Below, piece by piece: positions 48,870 through 62,519 of a stretch of 64,000 nt of DNA. A model generated the notes under the pieces. The model searched no databases and was not told the origin of the DNA. It was given only the letters and a program-made list of their open reading frames with translations. The stretch comes from Octopus bimaculoides. Lineage: Eukaryota. The stretch lies in the NCBI RefSeq assembly GCF_001194135.2, contig NC_068982.1, positions 54,103,292 to 54,167,291 on the forward strand. Reading direction: 5' to 3'. Every line of letters begins with the position of its first letter. The first letter of the stretch is position 1. The position numbers were made by a program, and so were the translations under genes.

Positions 48870-50460
48870 TCTATCTAGAAGCGAGTATAATTAAAATAAT
48901 GGAGTGTCTAGTAGTAGAGTGGTATCTGTTAGTGGAGCTATGGGTGTTGGTACGCGCGAATAATCTTGAGGTAGGTCGTGCTTGTTTTGAAGAGGAGAGA
49001 TCCTGTGTGAGTGTGACGTAATAAAATTATTGATGAGGCTCGTGGATTGGCAAGAGTAAGATAGAATTGTGTTATTGATATGCGTGCAAGAGTTTAAGAA
49101 AAGTGCGTAGGGATATGAAGGCGTTTCTTTTAACAAAGGGGGAAGGTTTAAATTAAAATTTCAAAATGAGAGAAAAATGTATGAATTCTCCGAAGAGAAG
49201 GAAAGTTAGTGAAATTGGTAAAAACTACACAACAAATGGGAAAGGCTTGGCAATTTTGATAGAGTAAATCAATAGATGGTGAGAAAACAGTAAAATCCTC
49301 ATAGAAGAAATAACTGTGATCAAAAAGTTATTAAGATCAGCAGAGAAGACATAAGATGAAGAACAGGCGAACAGCCAGACGTAACGTGCTTCCGTTTCCT
49401 CTGAAGGTGAGTAGTGGAGGATCTGCTGTTGGAGTCCAAGATGAAAACTGTGAAGTAAGCAGATTTGAAGTGTCGAAAGATAAGTGAGGTGCTCCATAAA
49501 CCTGTCTCTAACGTAGAAGGTACAACGGTTGAGTACGATGAGCGTAGTGAGTGGAACTGGAAGGAAAAAGATTTGTGCATTGATGGGGACAAGATAAGAA
49601 AAGAGATCCAGGTGAATGACGTGTCTGTGGAACACAAAGCTGTTAAGAAGGCGGCTTCACGAAGTACGAGAAGCAGTAAAGAAAGGAATAGTTGGGAGTG
49701 AAAAGAAAGTGATGTGATGGAACAGATTGGAGACAGCGGAAGAAGTGCGAGATGGTAAGTTGTAGGGGTAGGTAGTGGGATAGTAAGAGAGGGAAAGGGA
49801 GCTTGGTGGATTGGGTTCCAAATGAGGATCAACGGCACAGGCGTTAAAAAGGGCAGCTTGGATAAAGATGGGTGAGTTACTACGTCAAATGAATCGACTG
49901 ACTACGAGATGATTTGGGGGTCTCAATTTATGACGGGAGTTACAGAGACAGCGGGGACGAAGGACCTGGGAATAGAAGACGATACGCTTGGTGTGGATGT
50001 GTTAGGAGGAGCCAAATAAAGGTCAGTGTGCAAGTCACTGCGTTTGTTGAAAACAAAAGTAGAGACGGTGAACGTTAAATGGTCGAGAGAGACAGAAATT
50101 TTAAGGAAGTTTAAGGTACTGCATATGGAGGACTTAAAATTGAGAGAAGGGTGGAAGATGAAAGAGTTTAGCTCCTCACAGCAGAGAGAGGAGACGCAAA
50201 TACGGTCATAAATGCAACGTATAACACTGGGATGGAAGCAGTGACCTGGAAAAAGATTTGGACACAATGTAGTCATCGAATAAGTTGGCTTAGTAGGGGT
50301 CCATTTTCGTTCCCATGTTCACCCCAATGACATCTTTCATAGAACTTGCTAACGAAATAGGAACAATTTTAGATGAAAACAACCTCCACCAGACGGAGTA
50401 GAGTTGTGGTACTAGGATAAAGTGTGGTGCAGTTAGTAAGAGATGGAAAGGAGGCTCGGT
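48870..50460 (-). mobile_element. Penelope-like element: decayed RT + GIY-YIG endonuclease
   Basis: Minus frames give PSTTTLLRLVEVV..NC, then GVNMGTKMDPY*ANLF (PLE motif GVAMGTKMGPSYANLF), SLDHL...LHTDLY (FLD...L.TDIY), and DRFMEHL (GIY-YIG RLGDRFAEHL). Confidence 0.85.
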
Positions 50461-51721
50461 GGTAGATTTATAGTCGCATATGACAGTCATAGAACAATGA
50501 TTGCGGGAAAACATTCAGCAATCATTGCTCGGATCAGATTAGATAAACTCCTTCACAAAGGAATTAATCTGATTACATATATAAAATGTGCATTCAATAT
50601 ATATATACATAAATATCACAAATGACATTTGCAAACTTATGAGAAAAGATGCTTCACTAGAAATGAATGCTTTCAAAAGAAAATCAGCAACACAATGATT
50701 ATATATATATCATTGTATCTACCAGTTTATAGGATGTTGTTAAACATCACTAGTCACAATGCGCTTTCACTTCTTTCTTGAGTGTGCTATTCTTTTTCGT
50801 GTTGACCCCAATTGTTTCACTAAATCATCTTTCCATTGTCGTAGTGGCTTCCGAGTAGCCTGTTGTCTGTGAACCTTGCGACATACCTGGAACAACGGAA
50901 CCTGTGCTTACCTGTGCTTTCGGTAGTCTGCGATCATGTCGTTCACTCCTCCCTGTTCTCGATTTACCTCATTTCAGATATCCTCTCGCAACGATATTGC
51001 TAGCATGGATCATTCCGTGGCATTTTTGCGTCGTAGCCAACCGATGTTCTAATCTCTCCGAAGTAACCCACCTCGGACCTCGCCAATCTCCCCATAAATT
51101 TGCACATTCTCAACTATAAAGCGCTCATAAACACTCATCATTTCCTTATTTTCAAAGGATGCATGTAAAAAGAACAGAACAGCAAAACAACTAAACTCCT
51201 TTTATATCCTAAACAATCCATGCCAATTCAATACCTAGTCAAGCACACTACAACAACAACGCTAACCCAGACATCACATTCTATCTATCTGTCTACAAGA
51301 AACAAGCAAACAATTCGCCAACTTCAAGCAGATCACTACAACATGCTCATTCGTCAATGCAAAATGCAAATGCCCTTTTATAAGCGACACAATAGAAAGA
51401 GTTTCACGACGAAAAGTATCAAGGATTTCATAATTCAACAACACAAAAGTCAGTAACATACACTGCAACGCTAAAATAATACTTAACAAAACAATTACCG
51501 ACGCCCCATAGTATGCATGCAAAAAAAGCTTACCACAAGGCAACATAAAATAATACAACCCCATTACACGCCAAAAATTACCAACGTCATAAAAAAACAA
51601 AGGCAGCCAAAAATATATTACACAAAAGCCACACCCAACCGGAACGGAACTCAGCATCAAACATCTAAACAAGGGAATAATATATGTATGTATATATATG
51701 TGTGTATACACATACGTATAC

Positions 51722-51761
<40 letters not shown>

Positions 51762-51771
51762 NNNNNNNNNN

Positions 51772-51808
<37 letters not shown>

Positions 51809-52199
51809 AATACATGTGTGTGTAAAATAGAAAATTAGCAAGCATTTGTATCCAACATAAGCCACAAAAGATTAAAACACTATATAGAATATATTAGTAG
51901 TGTAATCGTCAACAGTAACACCACACCCCGTGTCATAATAGTAACGTCAAAAAGTACGTTCACACTGCAACTGCAAGCAAACGCCCTTATCAGATATTTC
52001 TTAATAATCAGCCACAAAGCAAGCGGAAACATAAAACGAAACGTATGCCCCTCTATCTTGGCTGCGAGTTTAACCCCTTCATTTCATTAGGGATCCGCAA
52101 AGCAATAAAGAAACATTGAATAGCTTAAAGCGTCAAGCCCAGGCAAAATCAGAGAAAAATATGCGAAATACTTATAAACACTGAAGGAATCATGTCACC

Positions 52200-53150
52200 C
52201 ACCAAAATTTACAACTACTCGTACCAGCATCTGGAGTTGAGTGAGCTTATGACAACTCAAAGCCCCACAAATACTCAAGTGAAGTAAGGTCACCCTCCTG
52301 TGCACAGAAATTCGACAAAGATAAATCCTTCAGATACGCCACCTATACCTGGATACATCTAAGTCAACAACAATTCTCTATTCGAATCGGCCATGATACC
52401 ACAAAACCTGACTTCAAAATGACTTAACAGATCCTACCAGGTAATGCTATCAAGTTAGATATGGCTTGAGCCAATCTTTGGCCGAAATATATTCAAGTTA
52501 TCTAAGTTATTATTATAAACCTAACTATCCAAACAATAGTACAGATTCAGATCACCACACTCAGCCACCACACAAACAGTGACAGAGAAAATATAAGATG
52601 GTTTCAGCAACAGACAACCTTCCACACATATTCACAACAGTCTTAGGAGATTCAGTAAGAAGAAAGCGAAATATACTTGGAGCATTCACAGATGCCGCTT
52701 TTGGCTGGCCACAAGACTGTAACAACAATGGTGCATAAACAATACATAAGATAAAACTACCAATGGGCTATGCTAGTTTTATCTTCAGCTGCAATCTCTC
52801 CGCCAGGAACAGCAATAAAATTTTAAATACACAAGAGGGCGCACAACTATGCACCAGACCATACCATACCATATCCTAAACCTTTTACACAACGAAACAA
52901 AAATATAAAAATGAAAGACAACCTGGACATGCGGGAGGCGTAACTTCCAAACGTGGCAAACTTCAACGTCCCAGATTTCTACTATAGAAACATAGTAAAA
53001 TCCCTATCTGTCCGATTTAACCGAGATATGCATAAAATGCAGAAATAGCTAGATCAGTATCTTCAATGCCTCCAAAACCCTCTCAAAACAGTCGCCCTCT
53101 CACCGAGACTACCTTAGTACTTCCTCTATAACGACCACCACAACCTATGG
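52200..53150 (+). mobile_element. Highly decayed CR1/L2-like LINE RT
   Basis: Scattered motifs AQKFDKD (AKAFDKV), LQLQSL (LKLYSL) and QK*LDQYLQCL (FKR.LDKYL). Confidence 0.45.
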
Positions 53151-53159
53151 GCGCTTACT

Positions 53160-53450
53160 ATTAGATTAGACGATGTGGCGGTTGTATTATGTTCAACTAA
53201 CAGGCTGCATTGTGTTTAATTCATTACTACATGTTGGAATACAGTATGGTCCTTAGCTTGTCGGAAAAATGACATAACCCAGCAGCTTTATCTCTGGACA
53301 GTTTTACGCCATTTGGCCGACTTTCAGTATATAACATGACTACTCCATCCAGGCAGACTTCGGACTTCCCAACCACAACAGTACCATCAACTAAAGGAGT
53401 CTTTAAGTGGTTGCTTGACCTTACTAGAAATGACTCTCTCATACATTATG
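53160..53450 (-). mobile_element. CR1-like LINE RT C-terminal relic
   Basis: LSRDKAAGLCHFSDKLRTILYS...LNIIQPPHRLI loosely matches FTSRDK..LL.LYKSLVRPILEY...LERVQRRATRLI. Confidence 0.45.
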
Positions 53451-54159
53451 CCCTCTAGGTTGAAAAGCGGGAAATGCTTGAGTAAAGGACGAGATGGCAA
53501 TAACTACAATGCTTTTGATTATAGGTTTATTCAGTTAGTGAATAACTGGGTCTTAAGAACAGCAACATCATCAGCACAGACATCAATCACTACCACTAGC
53601 ATCATCCAAACTATCAAACAAACGAGGAAGCTTCTACACGGCCATTCAACTAATTAGAGATAACAGTCGAAACTCCCACAACTCACTCTCAATTGTCAGC
53701 AGGCAAATGACCAGAATGCTTTCAGTCATAAATCTGCTCGATCAGAGCTGATCCGTAATTAACAATTATCACCATCATCCCAATAACCAAGTCAAACATC
53801 AGCACCATAATTCACATCAGTGATATCTTTAACATCATCATCATAACTAAAATCATCACCATCACAAATATCACAGACACTAACAATATGACCACTAATA
53901 TTACCACCGCATTATTCTCCACCAAATCTAACGTCCACACTAAAACTATCTTCATTTCTTACGGATAAACATGGGCAAAATCAATAGGAACAATAGCAAC
54001 AAAATAACATACATTTAGGTGCCTCATGAATGAAACGATGAGTTGCGGCTGAAGATTTGGCACGGCTGACCGGACGTTCAGCCTGTCTTGGTGACAGTAC
54101 GTTTTGGAACTGGAGGCAAACACATCCACACATGTGCAAAGATGTACACATACAGAGAA

Positions 54160-54198
<39 letters not shown>

Positions 54199-54550
54199 GA
54201 GTGATTACAATTATTAATTGAAAATGATTGATATAGACACTTTCCCTCTCAATCTCATATATATAAACAAAGAGAGGGGAGGAAGGGGATAGAAGGAGGG
54301 AGAGAGGCAGGAAGAGAAGGAAGAATAAAACGAAAAATTAAGATGTCTGATGTCAACCATGTCAGCGCCGAATCAGTGACACCAAAAAGGCAGAGCCAAA
54401 ACGGCTGTGCCAAAACATTTCATACCCTTAGAAGTTAGATTCTCTGGGAAATATTTTAGCGCTGATTTCAAATTTGACTCAGTTCTAATTAATAACTAGT
54501 CTACCATTTTGACACAAAAATAATGTTGTTAATTTATTACAGGATCCCTA

Positions 54551-54770
54551 AAGAGGCGAGCTGGCAGAATCGTTATTACGCCCGAGAAAATACTTAACAA
54601 CATTTCCTCCGTTTTTAGGTTCTGAGTTCAAGCGTCTCCGAGGTCGACTTTGCTTTTCATCTTTCCGGGGCCGATGAAATAAGTATCAGTCAAGCACTGA
54701 GGACGATGTAATCAACTTGACCCCTTCCCTCAAAATTCCAGGCCTTGTGCCTATAGTAGAAAGGATTAAA
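54551..54770 (+). mobile_element. SINE family A
   Basis: GAGGCGAGCTGGCAGAATCGTTA...GAGGTCGACTTTGCTTTTCATC...CCAGGCCTTGTGCCTATAGTAGAAAGGATT. Confidence 0.88.
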
Positions 54771-56305
54771 ATATCATATGTTTCTTTCAACCACCATATA
54801 TCACCAAATCAGCTTCTTTCGACACAAAATCTTATTGTGCAGCCATACATCAGATGTTACTGAAATTGTAACTAAAAATATATAATTAAGGCTTATAAAA
54901 CGATCAGTTATTCAACCCATAAGAAGCATCTATTATAGGATTTCTACGGTAAGAATTATCAGAACGGTCCCACTTACACTGGTTCCAGTAGTAACATCTG
55001 ACATCATGGTATGATTGTATTCAAATACTTACTCATTCTTCGCTTAAATCACCAGAATTTTGTGAGTAGTAAACCTTGGTTTTTATGATACAACCAAAGC
55101 GTTTACATGAAACTTGGATTAACGATTGCGTAAACTCTATCTTGTGTGTGTACATACATCAAACACACGTCTCTCTCCCCCTCTTTCTCTACACACACCC
55201 AAACACACACACCTATAAAAGTTCAGGATTCAAGCGGATCAGGTCCTTAAATAGTAAAGCACCAATGTCAGGTTCTTTGGTACACAATTGAAGCAGTATT
55301 AGATTAAAATAGCTATCTATATATCATACTTATATACAGCGTTGAAAGGCTAGTTACAGCGATATTCACTCAAAGATAACGTCTCTTGTGAACGTGTTTA
55401 AAAATATAATCATATCGGAATGAGATGAAAATTGTCCCGGTAGCGGTAAGCGAGAATGCCAAGTGCATTTCGGCATAGTTGAGGTTTGTCAATGGCGTGT
55501 ATTCACAGCCAACCACATTCCTAGACGATATTTGTCGCCTCCGATATATAGGACGAGTACTGCAGTAATTAGTCCTTCAACGATATACATTAAGTATGAT
55601 ATGCAGGTATATATATTAAATCGCTCTTCAATTATCTTTTGGTCATTTTCGTTTCTGCCGACTCAAAAGTCATAAAATGCACAGATTATTTGTGTAGCAA
55701 CTCACTTTTGAGACCAAATAGATACGTTGCCATTTTAAAGTCTACACCAGCGATTCTCAGTCGATTGTAGCTCAGTACACTTTTTCATGAATAGTGTTCT
55801 TATAAAGCTCCCCATCACTATGTTTCGTGGATTATTTTAATAAAGCAGAAGCTAATTTTGCGCAGAGATTTATCATCAATATTTTCTTATTCCATTCCAA
55901 AAATCATGGGCCTTTCTATGAACTAGTGCCCCTATGCATATTTTTTAAGAAAATTAATAAAGACGGCAAGGACTTGTATAGTATAATTATATTAGGCTTT
56001 GGTGCATCAGTAGTTATGGCTTTGCTCGCTGATATGATTTTTCATTTCATAATTTAATCCCAGTCCTGACGGAGATATTTTCAAAATTGCATTTAAAATA
56101 AAGTACTTAGTTTAAATACTTTATATCTTAGAAAACTCATAACACCCTCTAAATACCCAGCACCGCTCATTGGCATCGGCCATTCTGTTTTAAGCTCATA
56201 ACGCTCTCAGTGGGAGTTGGTTAAAACCAACTCTTTTCCGAAAATCACCCTTCAAAAAAGCTCGAGTGATTATCACGTAGTTCTCTTTCACACAAGTGTG
56301 ATGAG

Positions 56306-56600
56306 GCGTGGTTTAGTGGTTAAGAGTATTCGGCTCACGGACGTGAGTTCGATTCCTGGCGACGCGGTGTGTCCTTGAGCAAGACACTTTGTTTCACGTT
56401 GTTCCACTCCATCCAGCTGGCAAAAGTGAATTGTACCTTTAAATCAAAAGCCAGCCTTGTTACATTCTGTGTCACGCTGAATCTCCCTAAGAACCAAGTT
56501 AAGGATACACGTGCCAGTAGAATGCTCAGCCACTTGCACGTTAATTTCACGAGCAGGCTGTTCCGTTTATCGGATCAACAGGAAACCCCAACATAACCAA
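56306..56600 (+). mobile_element. SINE with a CORE-type head and the family C 3-prime domain
   Basis: Head GGCGTGGTTTAGTGGTTAAG...GTTCGATTCC and CORE-like GTGTCCTTGAGCAAGACACTT, then TGTCACGCTGAATCTCCC...CACTTGCACGTTAATTTCACGAGCAGGCTGTTCCG shared with 45527. Confidence 0.85.
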
Positions 56601-57004
56601 CGGAGAGCCAGTTTTTCTTTCATGCAGCTAAAGTAAATATACCGACTAATATTGACTGAGAAGTCACCAAAATTAAAGCAAGATGCAACCGGGTCATTAA
56701 TTTTACTCCATATATAGATATAAAAGAGTGTGCTACGTAACCAAATTTAGGGTTGATCATACAACAATGATGGAATATTTTGAATCAATACCTGAAATAA
56801 AGTCAAGAACATTCCTAACTTAAATGAAGCAGGATGTTTCCAGCCCCGCTCTGTATATAGATCTTCTGATCCTAAAAGCACTGCTACCAAAAACCGCGCA
56901 TTATTCACATCGATGCCAGTAGAATTGCCCTTAATTCTTTCACTAAAACTACAGCTGTACTACTACCAACATCAAGGCTTCTACTAATATCACTATAACC
57001 AATA

Positions 57005-57233
57005 CTAATGGCATCACCACTACCACCACCACCACCACCACCATCACCACCAACAGAACCACCACCACCACTACCACCATCAACACCATCACCGCCACCG
57101 CTAACAATAACATCAAAACCCGTTACCACCACCAAACACCGGCATCACCGCCACTACCAAACATCAATATCGCGGACCCCCAGCATTCCTAACACTTTTA
57201 ACATCATCACCAACTTCATCATCATCATCATCA

Positions 57234-57264
<31 letters not shown>

Positions 57265-57394
57265 CTTCTTCTTCTTCTTCTTCTTCTTCTTCTTCCTTTT
57301 CTTTTTCGTCTTCTTTTTTTGTCGTCGTCGTCGTCGTCACCATCATCATCGTAATCATCATCATCATCTTCATTAACACCATCATCGTTACCAC

Positions 57395-57445
<51 letters not shown>

Positions 57446-57775
57446 ATTCATCATCAACATCATCACCATCATCACCAACATCATCATCAACTTCTTCATT
57501 GTCTTCATCATCACCATCATCATCATCATCATCGTCTTCACCATCATCTCATGATTATCATATCAACAACATCCTCCTCCTCATCATCATCGTCACCATC
57601 ATCGTCACCATCACCATTATCATCATCGTCGGCGTTGCCGTCATTGTCGTTACCATGATCATCATCACCATCATTATCGTCATCATCAACCGCCTCATCA
57701 TCATCACCATCGTCACCATCAACTTCTTCTTCTTCATCACCGTCATCATCATCATCAGCAGCAGCAGCATCAATG
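57005..57775. repeat. Long mosaic trinucleotide low-complexity tract (CAC/CAT/CTT/CGT)
   Basis: Seen directly. It explains the poly-P/H/I/M/E ORFs. Confidence 0.95.
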
Positions 57776-58085
57776 TCAAAGGAGGGCAGTAACCGTTACT
57801 ACTGAAAAAAAAAAAAAGAGAATTTCTACTAAAAAGCATGTTGCCAACGTGGCAATAATTTGTTTATGAAAATACATCTAACACACACACTCACGCACAG
57901 AGACACGCACATCGACGTCCACACACACACACACACACGCATATACATTCGCACGCACGCACATACACGTACATATACACGCACACATACACATACGATC
58001 TGGCATACACACACACGAAGCTTGTGTACGTTAATATGAATATAATGTCATACAGGCAACACAGTTAATTACGACTAAAATAGCA

Positions 58086-58123
<38 letters not shown>

Positions 58124-58156
58124 GTCTATGTATATGTATATATATGTGCGTGTGTG

Positions 58157-58191
<35 letters not shown>

Positions 58192-58422
58192 GTATGCACA
58201 TAAATACTTATATACGTATACATGCATATTTATATGTATATTTATACACACGCACATATTTATATATATATATATATATATATTCATATATTCATANNNN
58301 NNNNNNTACATATACACGCACACATACACATACGATCTGGCATACACACACACGAAGCTTGTGTACGTTAATATGAATATAATGTCATACAGGCAACACA
58401 GTTAATTACGACTAAAATAGCA

Positions 58423-58460
<38 letters not shown>

Positions 58461-58522
58461 GTGTGTGTGTGTATTCATACATACATATATATATATATAT
58501 GTACATGTATACGTATATATGC

Positions 58523-58555
<33 letters not shown>

Positions 58556-58558
58556 TAG

Positions 58559-58845
58559 GGCAGCGGACTCGCGGCCGTAGGATCGCGGTTTCGATTCCCA
58601 GACCGGGCGTTGTGAGTGTTTATTGAGCAAAAACACTCCACGAGGCTCCGGCAGGGGGTAATAATGAACCCTACTGTACTCTTTCACCACAACATTTTTT
58701 TTCACTCTTCCTTCTTGTTTCTGTTGTACCTGTAATTCAAAGGGCCAGCCTTGTCACACTTTGTGTCACGCTGAATCTCCCCGAGAACTACATTAAGGGT
58801 ACACGTGTCTGTGCAGTGTTCAGACACTTGCACGTTAATTTCACT
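58559..58845 (+). mobile_element. SINE family C, 3-prime truncated
   Basis: Near-identical to 45527-45830 (CCCAGACCGGGCGTTGTGAGTGTTTATTGAGC...GCACGTTAATTTCAC). Confidence 0.9.
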
Positions 58846-59089
58846 TCATTTATATCTGAAAGAGAAGCACACTCTTAGTTATAGAGCAGTAGAGCGCATA
58901 GTATCTATAGATAAAGATAGATATGGTTTGTCTATGGGGTTACTCTGGGTTTCACGTCCATAAAACGCTCAGCTTTACAACGTTTCTTCAGTCACTACAA
59001 TCCGTTGGTCTACGGTCTCTCTACCTAGTGGCCTGTATGTGTGTGTGTGGATATATATGTATGTAAGTATGTATGTATGTGTATGCATA

Positions 59090-59245
59090 GGCGCAAGCGT
59101 GGCTGTATGGAAAGAAGTTAGCTTACCTACCACATGGCTGCAGGTTCAGTTCCACTGGGTGGTGCTTTGCCCACTTGTCTTCTCCTATGGTCTCGGGCCG
59201 ACCAAATGTTTGTGAGCGGATTTGGTAGACGGGTGACTGAGAGAT
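59090..59245 (+). mobile_element. SINE family B, 5-prime half
   Basis: GGCGCAAGCGTGGCTGTATGG...GGTTCAGTTCCACTG...GGATTTGGTAGACGG. Confidence 0.8.
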
Positions 59246-60614
59246 GGGCATATATTTATTTATATATACATATATATATACACGCAGACACATACACGCA
59301 CACACACAAAACATATATATAAGGCATGAAACTAGGTATTAGTATTTCTTGGTCAATAACTGATGAAATATTAGGGTTCTTGTGTCTGTCCTACGTGTAC
59401 CTTTTGTACTATTCAATGCAATTTTCATTTATGGAATAACTGATCAGCTGGCATCCCGAGTATACATATATATAAACAATAAGTTTATATATATGTATAC
59501 ATACACTCATAGACATATACACACTTAGATTGGTAAGTATATATATATATATATNNNNNNNNNNNNNNNNNNNNNNNNNNNNNNNNNNNNNNNNNNNNNN
59601 NNNNNNNNNNNNNNNNNNNNNNNNNNNNNNNNNNNNNNNNNNNNNNNNNNNNNNNNNNNNNNNNNNNNNNNNNNNNNNNNNNNNNNNNNNNNNNNNNNNN
59701 NNNNNNNNNNNNNNNNNNNNNNNNNNNNNNNNNNNNNNNNNNNNNNNNNNNNNNNNNNNNNNNNNNNNNNNNNNNNNNNNNNNNNNNNNNNNNNNNNNNN
59801 NNNNNNNNNNNNNNNNNNNNNNNNNNNNNNNNNNNNNNNNNNNNNNNNNNNNNNNNNNNNNNNNNNNNNNNNNNNNNNNNNNNNNNNNNNNNNNNNNNNN
59901 NNNNNNNNNNNNNNNNNNNNNNNNNNNNNNNNNNNNNNNNNNNNNNNNNNNNNNNNNNNNNNNNNNNNNNNNNNNNNNNNNNNNNNNNNNNNNNNNNNNN
60001 NNNNNNNNNNNACACACGCAAACAATGATTGACATACACATACACTAACAAACACATACACTCAAAAACGCACTCACGCATACACTTGCAGAGTAAACAT
60101 TCACTTATGTGTACATTACAATGCCTCTGCTCCTTAGAAACATCACGTGCATATCACAAGACACGCTGTAAGGAATCTTGTGTAACTTATCTTATGTGCA
60201 AAAAACCAGCCTGATGGCATGTATAAGTATGTATATATGCATGCATGTATGTATGTATGTATGTATGTCTGAATGTATGTATGTATGTATGTATGTATGC
60301 ATGCATTAATGCATCTATGTATGTATGTATGTATGTATGTATACATTCATGCATAAATGTATATGAGTTCATGTATTGGAATCTATTTAGTTCCAGATCA
60401 TCCCTTAACGAATGTATTCCAATTTTGACCATCATATCTGATGTTCACACGCTGTATGGTTATGAGTGCATTATATAATGTGTGATCCAATTAAGGCTGT
60501 AAGTCACGATTTGTATGTGTTTTAAGTAGCTGTTTCTAGCACCTCTTCAAATGACATCGCATAGTCTATTCTTCATTCGCGTAATCACAAATTTCAGTTT
60601 TATCCCTTATCCGT

Positions 60615-60814
60615 TCCTTGCTTCAGTCATCAGCCTGCGGCCATACTGGGGCAAGCCTTGAATAGTTTAGTCGAACAAATTTCCTCAAGTGCTTAATTTG
60701 TTAGTCTGGTATTTACTCTATCATTTTTTTAAACCGAATCACTAAATTACAGGAAATGTAAATAAAAAGTCAACATTGGTTATCGAGCTGTGTGGAAGGG
60801 GACAATCGCAAACA

Positions 60815-60895
<81 letters not shown>

Positions 60896-61060
60896 GCACG
60901 CACGCATATACACAAAGTTGAATCTATACAGTTTCCGTCAACCGTGTTCACTTATAACTCGGGGTTACAGTAGAAGATACGTTTTCAGGGTGCCACGCAA
61001 TGCCAATGAACCCAAATGCACGTGGCTGCAAAGCGAACTTTTTAACACAGGACCATGCAT
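60615..61060 (-). mobile_element. SINE family B with expanded (CA)n core
   Basis: Both halves flank a long (CA)n. Confidence 0.78.
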
Positions 61061-61189
61061 GCGCCCATTTTATAGATATAGTTTATACTTTTCATTACAT
61101 CATACTTTTTATTTATGTGTTTATGTATTCATTTATTTGTGTGATTTTTGATATCGGTAACGATGATAAAAACGACAAGGTTTTGCCTC

Positions 61190-61500
61190 ACCTGAATGAA
61201 GTCGAAAACAATGCCGAGCTGCCTAAGGTATTTCAGCTCAGGATTCGTCCATCGGGATTTACTCCCAAATCGTTTCCGAAACATCACTGCCACCCCGCCA
61301 ACTGATCCTGATAGACCATAACATGAGTAGTTCTCGGAATCATTAAAAATGTTTACCAGTGTGCATGTTTCAAAAATCCTACCTCGCTCGTTGATAACTT
61401 CCACATATGTCCAGTGAAATGAGGTCATTGAGCAAGTGATTTTGATTGTAAGCATGCATTTATGCACCCAACTCCAATAATTACTATAGATTTTAATCAT
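61190..61500 (-). mobile_element. L1/Tx1-like LINE apurinic endonuclease N-terminal relic
   Basis: GVGCINA, then NHLLNDLISLDI and VINE across frameshifts, then YSCYG..VGGVAVMFRK. This follows the APE pattern (N.RGL...D..D.....ET...GGVA.L.RK). Confidence 0.55.
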
Positions 61501-61734
61501 ATCTATAGAGCTCTACCTTAGCACCCACTTCAATTTAATGAAGCTTTTAATCCGATATAAAAATCGAAAAGAATATCTTTCTTCACTGCTTAAATAAGCC
61601 GTCAGGCGAAACTTAAACTTCCAGTCAAAACGAATCTCATATTTGAATCGACATTCAATACTTAGTCTTTTCATATAAGAATATTATTATTGAGTCACCT
61701 CATATATTGTTACTACTACTATTATTAATAATAA

Positions 61735-61945
61735 GGCAACTATCTGGCAGAATCGTTTGTATACTGGGCAAAATGTTTAGTGTAATTTCATCCGTCTTTA
61801 CACTCTGAGTTCAAATTCCGCCGAGGTCGACTTTGCCTTTTATTCTTTCGGGGTCGATAAAATGTGTACCAGTTGAGCATTTGAGTCGATGTAATTGAAT
61901 AACCACCTCCCATGAAATTGCTGGCCTTGTGCCAAAATTCAAAAT
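61735..61945 (+). mobile_element. SINE family A
   Basis: CTGGCAGAATCG...TCTGAGTTCAAATTCCGCCGAGGTCGACTTTGCC...TTGCTGGCCTTGTGCCAAAATT. Confidence 0.88.
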
Positions 61946-61964
61946 CATCATCATTATTATCATT

Positions 61965-62515
61965 ATCGAGTGAGAGAACAGCACACGCTATCAGAGTGAG
62001 GGTGGAGTAAAAATATACGAAGTCCTGTATACCCATCATGACTACCAGTCTAATAAGAGCAACTAGGCATATGCATCACAACCATATGTGCGCGATATGA
62101 CCTTATACCAAGATAAAGAGCACATCACCTTGCAAGAGGAACCTGATTAGAATTTTCTTCAGTTCGAGTAGCCAGTGCTGCTAAAAATGTCCCTGAATAA
62201 GGGTTGTTTAAGGATGATGAATAAAACACCCATGTTTCCAGAGGTGAATTATTCAAGATCCAAAAATCCTTCTCAACACATGGTTATGATGCTCCCTCAC
62301 TATTCCTGCTCGTGATTAGAGATGCACATATTGTCAGTCACTAAGGGACATGCTCAACTGGTGAAGGTCAAGCACCTGACCAGCAAATCTATGGTATTGA
62401 GCAGAATATTTGCTGTAGCCCATCTTTTACATCTAGACAAACATGTACATGTTAAGACTTTCAATCAGTTAAGATCAGCATCCATGACAGCCATTACCAG
62501 GTATTCATCAGGGTA
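61965..62515. mobile_element. Unclassified non-coding dispersed repeat (recalled as a common octopus repeat)
   Basis: Recognition from memory only; no ORF and single copy in this window. Confidence 0.3.
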
Positions 62516-62519
62516 TTGT

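Noticed and set aside
56214-56233. 9-bp palindrome GAGTTGGTT-AA-AACCAACTC
   Set aside because: Isolated and expected occasionally by chance in 64 kb.
57990-58450. Exact duplication of about 115 bp (57990-58110 and 58330-58450)
   Set aside because: Identical copies on either side of a 10-N gap; most likely overlapping contig ends (assembly artefact).
58940-58992. Minus-strand CUGAAGA-A-ACGU...ACGU-GAAAC...GUA hammerhead-like string
   Set aside because: The core words and a 4-bp stem II are present, but no stem I can form; treated as chance or a dead relic.
61129-61500. Apparent host exon with a good donor CAG|GTGAGG at 61192
   Set aside because: Frameshifted motifs show a LINE endonuclease relic, and there is no matching acceptor.
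62450-62515. Minus-strand CTGATGA with a later GAAA
   Set aside because: No stem II closes between the two words.
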